A DNA stretch of 64,000 nt from an uncultured Chthonomonadaceae bacterium. GTDB lineage: Bacteria; Armatimonadota; Chthonomonadetes; Chthonomonadales; Chthonomonadaceae. Where the stretch lies: assembly GCA_963817895.1 (NCBI GenBank), contig CAWFQB010000003.1, forward strand, positions 416,001 through 480,000. Reading direction: 5' to 3'. The notes below the pieces were generated by a model. It had not been told where the DNA came from and did no database searches. It saw only the letters and a list, made by a program, of their open reading frames with translations. The position numbers and the translations under genes are program-made. Shown here one piece after another: positions 55,231 through 64,000 of the stretch; position 1 is the stretch's first letter; each line of letters opens with the position of its first letter.

Positions 55231-55668
55231 ATGTACGAGTCACAAATTGCTGTCCAAAAACAACACGCGTTTTCCCGACGCATGAAATTTCGTATGGCGG
55301 TTCAGATTGTTCTTATTTCACTGCTGCCTCTGGCGCTGATTGTCGCTGTTGTTGGCGGGCGTATCTGGTGGTTCAATTTTCAAGAGCGGGATGCCGCGAA
55401 TTCCCCTTTGCAGACAGGAACGGCGGTTGTAACGACCATGACGCAGGTAAATCGCCGACAGGGTTTTCGCGTCAACCTGACGTTTCGTATTGACGGTCGT
55501 ATAGCCGAAACGAGTGTTCTGATAAACACGAATATGGAAGAGGATGAACGCTTCATCTGGACCCATGTTGGCGACACGGTTCCGGTCACATACCGCGTTG
55601 GAAAAAGCGGCGCGGTTTACATTGACAGTTGGCAAGCGCCGCCGCACAAAGTTTCGCTGTCACGCTGA
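55231..55668 (+). CDS. Hypothetical membrane protein (DUF3592-like)
   Basis: One TM segment then an OB-like region, VGDTVPVTY. Confidence 0.5.
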   Translation: MYESQIAVQKQHAFSRRMKFRMAVQIVLISLLPLALIVAVVGGRIWWFNFQERDAANSPLQTGTAVVTTMTQVNRRQGFRVNLTFRIDGRIAETSVLINTNMEEDERFIWTHVGDTVPVTYRVGKSGAVYIDSWQAPPHKVSLSR

Positions 55669-55688
55669 TAAAGTGGGAGAACAGAGTT

Positions 55689-57242
55689 ATGTTCCAGAAA
55701 CTTCGACAGTATTTTGAACAACGGAGGAAACGTATGTCTTCGGCTACTCTTGACACAAAACCAATCCCCAGGACCCAAGACCCGACAGTGTTGCGGGAAC
55801 TGATACGGGAACTCGAGCATATTGTCGGGCCGGAATATGTGCTGACGAGTGACGCGGCCAAACGCGATTATGATTGTGACGCTTACTCGCCGGAAAAACG
55901 CTACCCGGATGCGATTGTCCTGCCCTCAGATACGCAGCAGGTGGCGAAAATTGTCAAATTGTGCAATCGCCTGAACATTCCGTTTATTCCGCGTGGGGCG
56001 GGAACGGGGCTGTCGGGCGGCGCGACGACCACGCAGGGCGGCGTACTCCTTTCCCTGATGCGGCTCAAGAAAATTCTGGAAACGGATGTCCCCAACCGTC
56101 GCATGGTCGCGCAGGCGGGCGTCGTCAATACCTACCTGACAAAAGCCGTAAAAAAAGACCATTTGCACTACGCGCCCGATCCGTCCAGTCAGGGCGCGTG
56201 TACCGTCGGCGGCAATGTGGCGGAAAATTCGGGCGGGCCGCACACGCTTAAATACGGCGTCACGACCAACCACGTCACGGGTTTGACCCTGGTGCTGCCG
56301 GACGGCGAAATCGTACATATCGGCGGCAAAGTGGAAGACGCGCCGGGTTATGATCTTGTAGGGTTGCTTGTCGGCTCGGAAGGCACGATGGGAATCGTGA
56401 CGGAAGTGACCATTCGCCTGACGCCCCTGCCCCAATCCGTGCGAACGCTGCTGGCTATCTTTGAAACCGTAGATCAGGCCACGCAGACGGTTTCCGATCT
56501 GATTGCCGAGGGCGTCCTCCCCGCCGCATTGGAACTAATTGATACGTTCATCATCAAGGCGTGTGAAGAGGCGTTTCATCTGGGTTTTCCCCTCGATGCC
56601 GAAGCGGTGCTGATTATGGAAGTGGATGGTCTGGAAGTGGGACTGGAGGAGGAAGCCAGTCATGCCCGCGAAATCGCCGAGCGCAACGGCGCGCGGGAAG
56701 TGCGGCAGGCGAGTACCGAGCTGGAACGCGCCCTGCTGTGGAAAGCCCGCAAGCAGGCGTTCGGCGCATTGGGACGGTTAGGCAAGTCTATGGTCACGCA
56801 CGACGGCGTTATCCCGCGCACGAAACTGCCGGAAGTGATACGCGAAGTGCGGGCGATTGCCGCGCGGCACGGGTTGGAAGTGGGCAACGTATTCCATGCG
56901 GGCGACGGCAACCTGCATCCGAACCTGATGTTCGATGAGCGCGACCCAGTCGCGGTGCAGAACGTGCTTCACGCGGGCGAAGAAATTTTGCAGTTGTGCG
57001 TGAACGTGGGCGGCTCGATTACAGGCGAACACGGCATCGGCGTGGAAAAACAGGAGGCCATGACGATGATGTTCACCGACAGCGACCTGGAACTAATGGC
57101 GAAACTGAAAGGCGTATTCAACCGCAGCGACCTGTGCAACCCCGGCAAAATCTTCCCCGCCGCCAAAGGCTGTTGGGAAACCGATCACGGTCCTCGTATC
57201 GCGGCAGCGGTACGAAATCCGGGGAGAGGGGCGGCGGTTTGA
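55689..57242 (+). CDS. glcD: FAD-linked oxidase, glycolate oxidase subunit GlcD-like
   Basis: PRGAGTGLSGG, APDPSS, ENSGGPHTLKYG, GSEGTMG, HAGDGNLHP, GEHGIG. Confidence 0.88.
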   Translation: MFQKLRQYFEQRRKRMSSATLDTKPIPRTQDPTVLRELIRELEHIVGPEYVLTSDAAKRDYDCDAYSPEKRYPDAIVLPSDTQQVAKIVKLCNRLNIPFIPRGAGTGLSGGATTTQGGVLLSLMRLKKILETDVPNRRMVAQAGVVNTYLTKAVKKDHLHYAPDPSSQGACTVGGNVAENSGGPHTLKYGVTTNHVTGLTLVLPDGEIVHIGGKVEDAPGYDLVGLLVGSEGTMGIVTEVTIRLTPLPQSVRTLLAIFETVDQATQTVSDLIAEGVLPAALELIDTFIIKACEEAFHLGFPLDAEAVLIMEVDGLEVGLEEEASHAREIAERNGAREVRQASTELERALLWKARKQAFGALGRLGKSMVTHDGVIPRTKLPEVIREVRAIAARHGLEVGNVFHAGDGNLHPNLMFDERDPVAVQNVLHAGEEILQLCVNVGGSITGEHGIGVEKQEAMTMMFTDSDLELMAKLKGVFNRSDLCNPGKIFPAAKGCWETDHGPRIAAAVRNPGRGAAV

Positions 57243-57245
57243 GGA

Positions 57246-57362
57246 AGGTTGTTAGGTTGTTAGGTTGTTAGTTAATGGCTGTGTCGCGCCGAAGTAACTA
57301 CTGTTCTTCTGCCTGCCTGAAGACCTAAAAACCTAACAACCTAACAACTAACAACCTAACCC
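57246..57362. repeat. Palindromic element with AGGTTGTT/AACAACCT arms between convergent genes
   Basis: Tandem octamer arms at 57246-57273 and 57323-57360. Confidence 0.8.
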
Positions 57363-57364
57363 TC

Positions 57365-57781
57365 CTACTTTCCCAGCACTTCCTTCACCGCCTGTACTAA
57401 CTGCTGCGGGCTGAAGGGCTTGGTCATAAAGGCGTCGGCGGACGTAGCCCACTCCTCGAACAGTCCTGAATCTTTAGCATGGGCCGTCAGCATAATGACC
57501 GGTATCGCGATAGTCGCCGGGTCTTTTCGCAGGGCGTCCAGCACCTGAAAACCGTTCATGCCCGGCATATCCACATCCAGCAGAACCAGATCGGGCAGAT
57601 GGACGCGGATACTGTCCAGCGCGTCCTTACCGTTGGAACAGGCGATAACAGCATAGCGCGCCCGCTCCAGGCATAATGTCGTCAGGCGCACCTGAACGCC
57701 CATGTCGTCGGCGACCAGAATTAAAGGCTGTTCGCGGGTCGGGCGGGCAAGTTCGGAATCATGGGCATTGGAATTGGTCAT
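57365..57781 (-). CDS. Single-domain response regulator
   Basis: ILVADD, LLDVDMPGMNG, IMLTA, KPFS. Confidence 0.93.
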   Translation of the reverse strand: MTNSNAHDSELARPTREQPLILVADDMGVQVRLTTLCLERARYAVIACSNGKDALDSIRVHLPDLVLLDVDMPGMNGFQVLDALRKDPATIAIPVIMLTAHAKDSGLFEEWATSADAFMTKPFSPQQLVQAVKEVLGK

Positions 57782-58007
57782 GGTACTGCGGGTTCTGTGT
57801 CTTTCTGTTGCCTGACAGCAACATACTCGTTTTGTGAAAGGCTCAGGATCAAATTCTACTAAGGCATTGAGGCTGGAACATCAGGGTTCAATGCCCGGAT
57901 CAAATACCTGTTCGTGAGACGCCAATTCAATGCGGGTTGTTTCCAAGAATAAGCAACATGTCTCGGGTAATTTCGCTTTTGTCTGCGCGGTTGAGATAGC
58001 GTAAGTC

Positions 58008-58036
58008 TTGACAAACAAAGCGTGTTGTGGTACATT
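58008..58036 (+). promoter_or_regulatory. Sigma70 promoter of tRNA-Met
   Basis: TTGACA, 17 bp, TACATT with an extended TG. Confidence 0.7.
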
Positions 58037-58050
58037 AAATAGTGTGTTGA

Positions 58051-58124
58051 GGCGGAATAGCTCAGTTGGTTAGAGCGTTCGGTTCATACCCGAAATGTCG
58101 GGGGTTCAAGTCCCTCTTCCGCTA
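58051..58124 (+). tRNA. tRNA-Met (CAT), elongator type, CCA not encoded
   Basis: Acceptor GGCGGAA/TTCCGCT, D arm GCTC/GAGC, anticodon arm TTCGG-TTCATAC-CCGAA, T loop TTCAAGT. Confidence 0.93.
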
Positions 58125-58665
58125 TCTGTTTTCCATAATTCATCAGACGCTCCCTACCTGCACCTGTTTCTGCGTTTGTTTCCGTTCCTCCTTGATAGGA
58201 ATAGACATTTTCTCCTGCCGCTTCCCCGCAGCCTATTCTTTTCTGAACCTTTGCGCAATTTTCATGTTATATTACCTCTAACTGTCATTCTGGCACGATT
58301 CTTGCAATATAGTATTCCAGATCAACCCATCATTCCGCCACCGCTTTACCGCAATCCGCTGATCGCCACAGGTCACCGTTTCCACAATTTTCAGGCTATG
58401 CCCCGCATGAACTTTCCAACGCGGCATGTCGTCAAAGTATATGTTCCTGCTCAAATGCCGGTCGTGATTCAGGCTCTCCACGCGGCGTTCAGGAATTGCG
58501 CCCTGTCGCGTAACAAACAAGTGATCTGTTAGTCTAACTCGACATGTCGTTGTACCCCGGCCTTGAAGCCAATTGCCTTGCCGCCATCCGTGTTTCCCGA
58601 AGTTCGTGTGGAACACTGGTTTTTACATCACCTTTATTAGAAACGAGGCTGGCTTCATCCACCCT

Positions 58666-59292
58666 ATGAGCATAAGACATTTTTCTGATGCTCCGTCACT
58701 TTCCGAAACTTCCACACTGAACCATACTGTTGCACTGCGCGCGAAATGTGACGGCTACCATATCAGCACAACAAGTACCCTGAATAAGCGCGGAAGCGTT
58801 CTGATTGTCAGCGCCAGCGCCGACACCGAAGTTTGCAGCATGATCGAATTCGACGTAAGTTCTCTCCCTGCTGCCGCTACGGTCACGCGCGCCACCCTGC
58901 AAGTCTACGTGACGGATTGCCGCCTCGCCATACCTGAAGAAGCTCTGACGCTGTGCTGCTATGGCTACATCGGGGACGGGGACATCACGATAGACGATGT
59001 GGGCGCAGGCAGAATGGCAGGCGTTTCTACCCTGACGAACTCGCGCGTTACCGGTTCAGTGCGTCTTGACATCGCGCCGGAGTTTGTGGAACGCGCGTGG
59101 GAAACGGGCTATGCGGGCTTCCGCCTTGCAGCCTCCGCGTCCACCCTGACGCCCCGCCCCAACGGCCTGTTCCTGCGATCACTGGAAAATACGCAACCGG
59201 ACTCCGCGCCGATGCTATTCCTTGATTACGCTGTTCCAGACACATCGGATGACCGGTGTGTGGTAGCAATACGCCCGGACATGGCTCCGTAG
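58666..59292 (+). CDS. Hypothetical protein, DNRLRE-like beta-sandwich
   Basis: SMIEFDVSSLP...VTRATLQVY...FLRSLE...PMLFLDY. Confidence 0.55.
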   Translation: MSIRHFSDAPSLSETSTLNHTVALRAKCDGYHISTTSTLNKRGSVLIVSASADTEVCSMIEFDVSSLPAAATVTRATLQVYVTDCRLAIPEEALTLCCYGYIGDGDITIDDVGAGRMAGVSTLTNSRVTGSVRLDIAPEFVERAWETGYAGFRLAASASTLTPRPNGLFLRSLENTQPDSAPMLFLDYAVPDTSDDRCVVAIRPDMAP

Positions 59293-59399
59293 TCGGTGTT
59301 CGGTGTTCGCAGGTTTCGTTGGTAGTTCTACCGCGTTAAAGCAAACCGGTAACTGCCGCATTGCCCGAACGCCAAATACCGAACACCGAACACCGACTA
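59290..59399. repeat. Palindromic element with GGTGTTC/GAACACC arms; both ends are TAG stop codons of convergent genes
   Basis: Perfect 20-bp IR 59290-59309 / 59380-59399. Confidence 0.8.
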
Positions 59400-59679
59400 T
59401 GGCGTGTTCCCATCGCGTGACAGGACGCGCCGAATGGGAATGTTCGCTACCAGCGCGACCGTATCCCCCTCGGCGCAGTCCAGATTTACTTCCAGCGCCT
59501 CCTCATCAATATCCAGATGCTTGCGCAGCACCATCAAAATATCGCGCCGAATCTCTTCCATGACCGGGGCGGGGATGTCGGCGCGGTCGTGCATCAGCAC
59601 CAGGCGCAGTCGGTCCCTCGCAATATTCTTGGCGGATTTTTCGTTTTTACCGAACAGACGATCAAAAAAACTATGGCAT
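59397..59679 (-). CDS. minE: Cell division topological specificity factor MinE (indel right after the ATG)
   Basis: FFDRLFG...SAKNIARDRLRLVLMHDR...LVANIPI. Confidence 0.92.
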
Positions 59680-59734
59680 CGTCGGGTTCCTCCCACATAA
59701 ATTTGGATCAAGATAAACAATTCGGCAGGGGCAA

Positions 59735-60553
59735 TTATCTGGATTTCGCGGTAAACAGTTGCTTGATGCGGTCCAGAAAGCCGACTTTTTCATCCAGATC
59801 CAAAAAGGGGACGGTTTCTCCTCTCAGGCGGCGCGCGATGTTGCGATAGGCCTGTCCCGCCAGCGTTCCCTCCGTCATGGCGACGGGTTCGCCCCGGTTG
59901 GTGGACGTGATGATAGCCTCATCGTCCGGCACAATGCCGAGGAGTTTGATGTTGCTGCCCAGAATCTCCTGTACGTCTTCCACGCCCAGCATCTCCTGAT
60001 TTTTCACCATCTGCACCCGCAGTCGGTTGACAATCAGCATGGAATTGTGCAGTTCCTGCGCTTCCAGCAGGCCAATGATTCGATCCGCGTCGCGCACGGA
60101 CGCCATTTCCGGGTTGGTGACGACAATGGCCTCAGTCGCGCCCGCAGTGGCGTTTTTGAACCCCTGCTCAATCCCGGCGGGGCAGTCAATCAGGATATAC
60201 GTGTAGCCCTCTTCCTGCAATTCCGCCACAATCTGCTTCATCTGCGCGGGGTTGACCGCGCTTTTGTCGCGCGTCTGCGCGGCGGGCAGAAGCGCGAGAT
60301 TCTGATTGCGCTTGTCCTTGATGAGCGCCTGCCGCAGTTTGGCCCGCCCCTCCACCACGTCAACAATATCATACACAATGCGGTTTTCCAGCCCCAGCGC
60401 GAGGTCAAGGTTGCGCAGGCCGATATCGGCGTCCAGCAGCGCCACTTTTTCGCCCAGATTGGCGAGCGCCGCTCCGATATTGGCCGTCGTGGTCGTCTTG
60501 CCGACCCCGCCCTTGCCCGATGTAATGACGATTACCCGTCCTGTATTAGTCAT
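59735..60553 (-). CDS. minD: Septum site-determining ATPase MinD
   Basis: TSGKGGVGKTT, DIGLRNLD, DCPAGIEQGF. Confidence 0.97.
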   Translation of the reverse strand: MTNTGRVIVITSGKGGVGKTTTTANIGAALANLGEKVALLDADIGLRNLDLALGLENRIVYDIVDVVEGRAKLRQALIKDKRNQNLALLPAAQTRDKSAVNPAQMKQIVAELQEEGYTYILIDCPAGIEQGFKNATAGATEAIVVTNPEMASVRDADRIIGLLEAQELHNSMLIVNRLRVQMVKNQEMLGVEDVQEILGSNIKLLGIVPDDEAIITSTNRGEPVAMTEGTLAGQAYRNIARRLRGETVPFLDLDEKVGFLDRIKQLFTAKSR

Positions 60554-60581
60554 GCTCTCCGAATGTCCTCTCCCACAAATA

Positions 60582-60703
60582 TAGGTTGTTAGTTGTTAGG
60601 TTGTTAGGTTGTTAGGATACCTCAACTGTCGGCCTTTCCCTACCATGAGATGTAAAGTACGGCAGACGCCTAACAACCTAACAACCTAACAACTAACAAC
60701 CTA
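60582..60703. repeat. Palindromic element between minC and minD
   Basis: Perfect 35-bp IR 60582-60616 / 60669-60703, ending in the minC stop codon. Confidence 0.85.
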
Positions 60704-61399
60704 AACCGGCGAAACCTGTATCACGCCGTTTTCAATGCGGGCCACTTCGGGGACGCGCTGGCCGGGAGTGGCGCGTTCGCCATCTTCCGGGGCGCGGGCG
60801 ATCTGGCCGGCGATGCGTACCAGTTGGGGGCGCATGTTGCCTGCCGTGATGCAGGCCGCCTCATTGCCCTGACTGCCCGCGTGGGCCACGCCGCGCAGCG
60901 TGCCGAAAATCAGAATATCCCCCTCCGCAATCACTTCCGCGCCGGGGTTCACGTCGCCGCCGATGACCACATGCCCGTTATGCACGACTCGCTGCCCGGA
61001 ACGGAGCGTCTGGGGCAGATACAGCGCGTTGCTCAGGCCGGTGACACCCTCCTCTTTGGCTTCCAGACTGCCGCCGGGAAGCATCAGATAGGCGTTCAAC
61101 CCCAGTAGGCGCGCGGCTTCGCGCGTCACGGGGTCGGTTGCGACAACGGCGACAATCATCATGCCCTGCGCCTGTTTGAGACGCTCCGCCAATTCCAGTA
61201 ATGCGGGATGGGGAACCGCCCGCGCGCCTAAATCCAGCGTTACCTGCGCGCCCTGCCACGTTTGCCCCTGCGAGCCTTCCGTCAGCCTGCTGTTGATCCG
61301 CGCCAGCGCCTCGTCCCATTTGCCGTCGGAAGGCACGCGCAGCAGCAGTTCGTTCAGCAAGCGATTCCGCCACTCCGTCAATTCTACCGCCTGATTCAA
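60701..61399 (-). CDS. minC: Septum site-determining protein MinC
   Basis: TLRSGQRV, GDVNPGAEVIAEG, LRGVAHAG, PEVARI; TTG start with RBS GAGGAG. Confidence 0.93.
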   Translation of the reverse strand: MNQAVELTEWRNRLLNELLLRVPSDGKWDEALARINSRLTEGSQGQTWQGAQVTLDLGARAVPHPALLELAERLKQAQGMMIVAVVATDPVTREAARLLGLNAYLMLPGGSLEAKEEGVTGLSNALYLPQTLRSGQRVVHNGHVVIGGDVNPGAEVIAEGDILIFGTLRGVAHAGSQGNEAACITAGNMRPQLVRIAGQIARAPEDGERATPGQRVPEVARIENGVIQVSPV

Positions 61400-61637
61400 G
61401 CTATCTCCTCCACGCGCCCTGTCGCGGCCACGCGCGAACACGCAATCCACTGCCGATACGCTACAAACCGCCGCTTATTTCAACAGAGTACCCGTTGTAT
61501 CCTTCATTGTAAGGAATTTATATAGAAACATCCTTGACCGGGAAGAGCATGGCAGGCGGAGCCGAAATGAATCCTCCTAAATTGAAACCTTTTCAAATAC
61601 AGGAGGAAATTTCTGCCTCTTAACGAAATTACCATTT

Positions 61638-62291
61638 TTGCGCAGATTGGAAGCAGATTGCCTAATGCCAACAGACAGACTAATTCGTGTACCTGAATGG
61701 TTTGCTGCGCCCAACGTTGTATTCCCAGATGTGTCGGCAGTCCTTCGCAATCCACATCGCGCTGTTGAAAGTGCGGAAGCGTATGCAGCCAGCCTTTCTG
61801 TGCCTGCGCAGTATGGCTCTTTTCTGGAAATCGCCAACATGGTTAATGAAGCGCTGACGCAGATGCAGGAGCGTAGCCTGCCCCTTTTCTCAGCCGTTTA
61901 TGTTCACGCCGACTTTTTCCGAGAGTATGGCGCAGAAGCAGAAGCAATTGCCGCGCGGACAGAATACAACGCCCTGTTCATCAACCCGGATGGAAGCGCG
62001 TGGAGCAATCCAGTCGCCGTAGCCGCATCGCTGTATGAGTCTCGGTTCTGGTCTACGCCACATCCACTCCATGCGATTTATCACGAAGCCGGTCACTTAT
62101 TCCTACCACAAGTGGGGGAACCGAATAAATTGCGTCCAAGTCAGGTTACTGTGGCTACCGCCGTAAGTTTCCGAGCGAAAGCAAATGTTGACGAATTTAT
62201 TGCTGAAGTGTTCGCGGGGCTTATGTGCGGTGTAGAATTTGATTCGGACATTTTGCGATTGTACAAACGTTTGGGAGGAAAACTGCTATGA
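61638..62291 (+). CDS. Zincin metallopeptidase-like protein
   Basis: HAIYHEAGH...VSFRA...EFIAEVF. Confidence 0.65.
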   Translation: MRRLEADCLMPTDRLIRVPEWFAAPNVVFPDVSAVLRNPHRAVESAEAYAASLSVPAQYGSFLEIANMVNEALTQMQERSLPLFSAVYVHADFFREYGAEAEAIAARTEYNALFINPDGSAWSNPVAVAASLYESRFWSTPHPLHAIYHEAGHLFLPQVGEPNKLRPSQVTVATAVSFRAKANVDEFIAEVFAGLMCGVEFDSDILRLYKRLGGKLL

Positions 62292-62512
62292 TAAAAACCG
62301 TCCAGTGTGGTTTTTGCGTTCATTATCGCCCGGAATTGGGGGGAGGGCGATGCGCCGCATTTCCAGTCGGTATTCCTGAAGATATTTTGGAGGGCCGTGC
62401 CGATCATCGGCAACCGTATCCGGGCGATCATGGGATTCATCTTCTACTCAAACCGGGGTTGCCGGAAGCCGTTCTGGGAAAGCAGCCGGAACCTTTGCGG
62501 AAAGCCTCCTGA
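62288..62512 (+). CDS. Small Cys/His-rich protein translationally coupled to the peptidase
   Basis: CGFCVH...[12 protein letters not shown]...[15 protein letters not shown] overlap. Confidence 0.7.
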   Translation: MIKTVQCGFCVHYRPELGGGRCAAFPVGIPEDILEGRADHRQPYPGDHGIHLLLKPGLPEAVLGKQPEPLRKAS

Positions 62513-62561
62513 ATTTACCGGGCGGCTTGAGGCATATTACGATAAACATTTCTGTGGGAAA

Positions 62562-62598
62562 ATGCGGCGCGGCTCTTTTCAAAAGAGCCGCGCCGCGT
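62562..62598. terminator. GC-rich hairpin between convergent genes
   Basis: gcggcgcggctctttt-c-aaaagagccgcgccgc. Confidence 0.65.
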
Positions 62599-62767
62599 TC
62601 ATCTATTTACGCCGGGGCGTAAGCCGTGTTACTTTTGGTTCGATCCCGTCAGCGCTTTCAGCCAGTCCTGCGCGGCGGTCAGGCGGCACTCGTAAACAGA
62701 CTTTTGCGCTTCGGGCAACGTCTCTTCGTACCGCAGGAACGGGAAGAAGAATATCTGGCCGCCCCCG

Positions 62768-64000
62768 CTATTCCCGCCCGACACCACTTTCGGGATTGAG
62801 AATGTTTTCGATCTGCGTTTTGCAGTCGCGCAGGTGCAGCAGCGTGGCGGTATCCGTGGTTTTGGGAATCACGGCGTTCACTTTTTGCTGCAAACTGCGC
62901 AGCGCGCCAATGGCGACCGGGCGGAACTCGCTTTGCGAGGCGCTGTCCCCGACAAGGCGCGGCTGTAGGGTTTTCAGGTAAGCGCGCTGCAGGTTGCGGC
63001 GGCACAGGTCAATTTTCGGGGAAGGAGTCGCCAGTTCCGACCAGATTCCGTTCTGCACATCGGAAACCAGTTCCGAAACCGTGTAGGTGGGCGCGCCCGT
63101 AGCTTCGCGATCCATCAGGCGCTGTACACGGCTTTCCGCCAGCAGGCCGCTGCAGAATAATCGTCTGGCTGCTCAAAACCCGATTGGCGACGCCGCCGAA
63201 CTCGATGCGGTTCAGAATGTCCGGAGCCATCAGCGAACGGGGCGTGGAAAAGGCGTTGTCCACCAGGAACCGAACCGCCTCCGCCTGCTTTGCTTTCGGA
63301 ACCGGGCGATATACTTCCGCGCCGTGTCCCACGTGGTAGTCCGTCTGCGTCACGCCGCCGACAAGTTTCACCACATGGGTCAATTCCGTGATGCGCTGGT
63401 TGAGAAGTCTGGCCGTACATCTCCTGAAGCATGCTGTAATCGTCGCCATAGCGGGTGGTCGTGGCAAGCAGCAGATGCGTATTCCGCTCCAGATTTTTCA
63501 GGCCATACGTGGTCGCCTCAATCGGGTCTGAACCCAGATCTTCCATTTGAACGGTAGGGTCAACCCGCGAGTTGGCATCCTCGCCGCCAAAGCGAAGCAT
63601 GGGATCCGTCACCTGCCGCGCCGCGATCTCGTCCAGACTCAGTCTCTCCGCGTCCTGGCGTCGTAGCGCCGGGAAACGGCTTGTAGCCCCATTCGATGGC
63701 GAACTTGTCATAGGGGCCGATGATGGGGATCAGGCGGGCGTTGTCCCCCGGCTGCGCCACATAGTTGAAGCGCCCGTAATCCATGATGGAGGCTTCATCG
63801 CCAAACTTTTCCGTGAACGCCGCGTCGCGCAGTTGCGCGGCGGTGTAGGAGGAACTGGCTTTGTGGTTGTGGCGCAGGCCGAGCGTATGCCCCACCTCGT
63901 GCGTCACAATATAGCGCAGCAGTTCGCCCATCAGCGGTTCGGGAAGCGGCAGAGTCTGCGCGCGCTTGTCCAGACACGCCACCTGCGCGAAGTACCACTG
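62768..64000 (-). CDS. C-terminal part of a zinc-dependent metalloprotease (EcxA/DUF4953-like), frameshifted
   Basis: HEVGHTLGLRHN, SIMDY (Met-turn), NYVAQPGD, IGPYDKFAIEWGY. Confidence 0.88.

Noticed and set aside
57246..57362. CRISPR array
   Set aside because: Repeats here and elsewhere are short tandem units without unique spacers, and no cas genes are present.
58125..58620. Integrated element or real gene downstream of tRNA-Met
   Set aside because: No integrase and no duplicated tRNA 3' end seen in the window; the ORFs have no recognisable features.

Overview
GC-rich bacterial chromosome segment, most likely Armatimonadota/Chthonomonadales-like (inferred from gene content, not proven). 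Many clearly functional genes carry single-base indels, consistent with an unpolished long-read assembly. Contents in order: a Wzx/Wzy polysaccharide operon (1-16116, minus strand) interrupted by an IS701-like element and a decayed toxin-antitoxin gene; a secreted malectin-Rhs polymorphic toxin whose JAB-like tip is hidden by a frameshift, followed by candidate immunity genes; HDOD and GAF signalling genes; a Tat-exported oxidoreductase, a GxxExxY nuclease gene inside long inverted repeats and a GH42-like hydrolase; a LolA-like/thioredoxin fusion with an in-frame UGA (candidate selenoprotein); two ABC half-transporters with a WD40 gene between them; typA; an ADP-ribosylglycohydrolase; a PemK/MazF module bracketed by a duplicated guaB 3' end; guaB, glcD, tRNA-Met and minCDE; an orphan metallopeptidase/Cys-rich protein pair; and a zinc metalloprotease. 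The most striking non-gene signal is a dense family of palindromic elements whose arms are 7-9-mer tandem repeats. They often abut stop codons, sometimes sit in frame inside proteins, and in one case enclose the GxxExxY gene.
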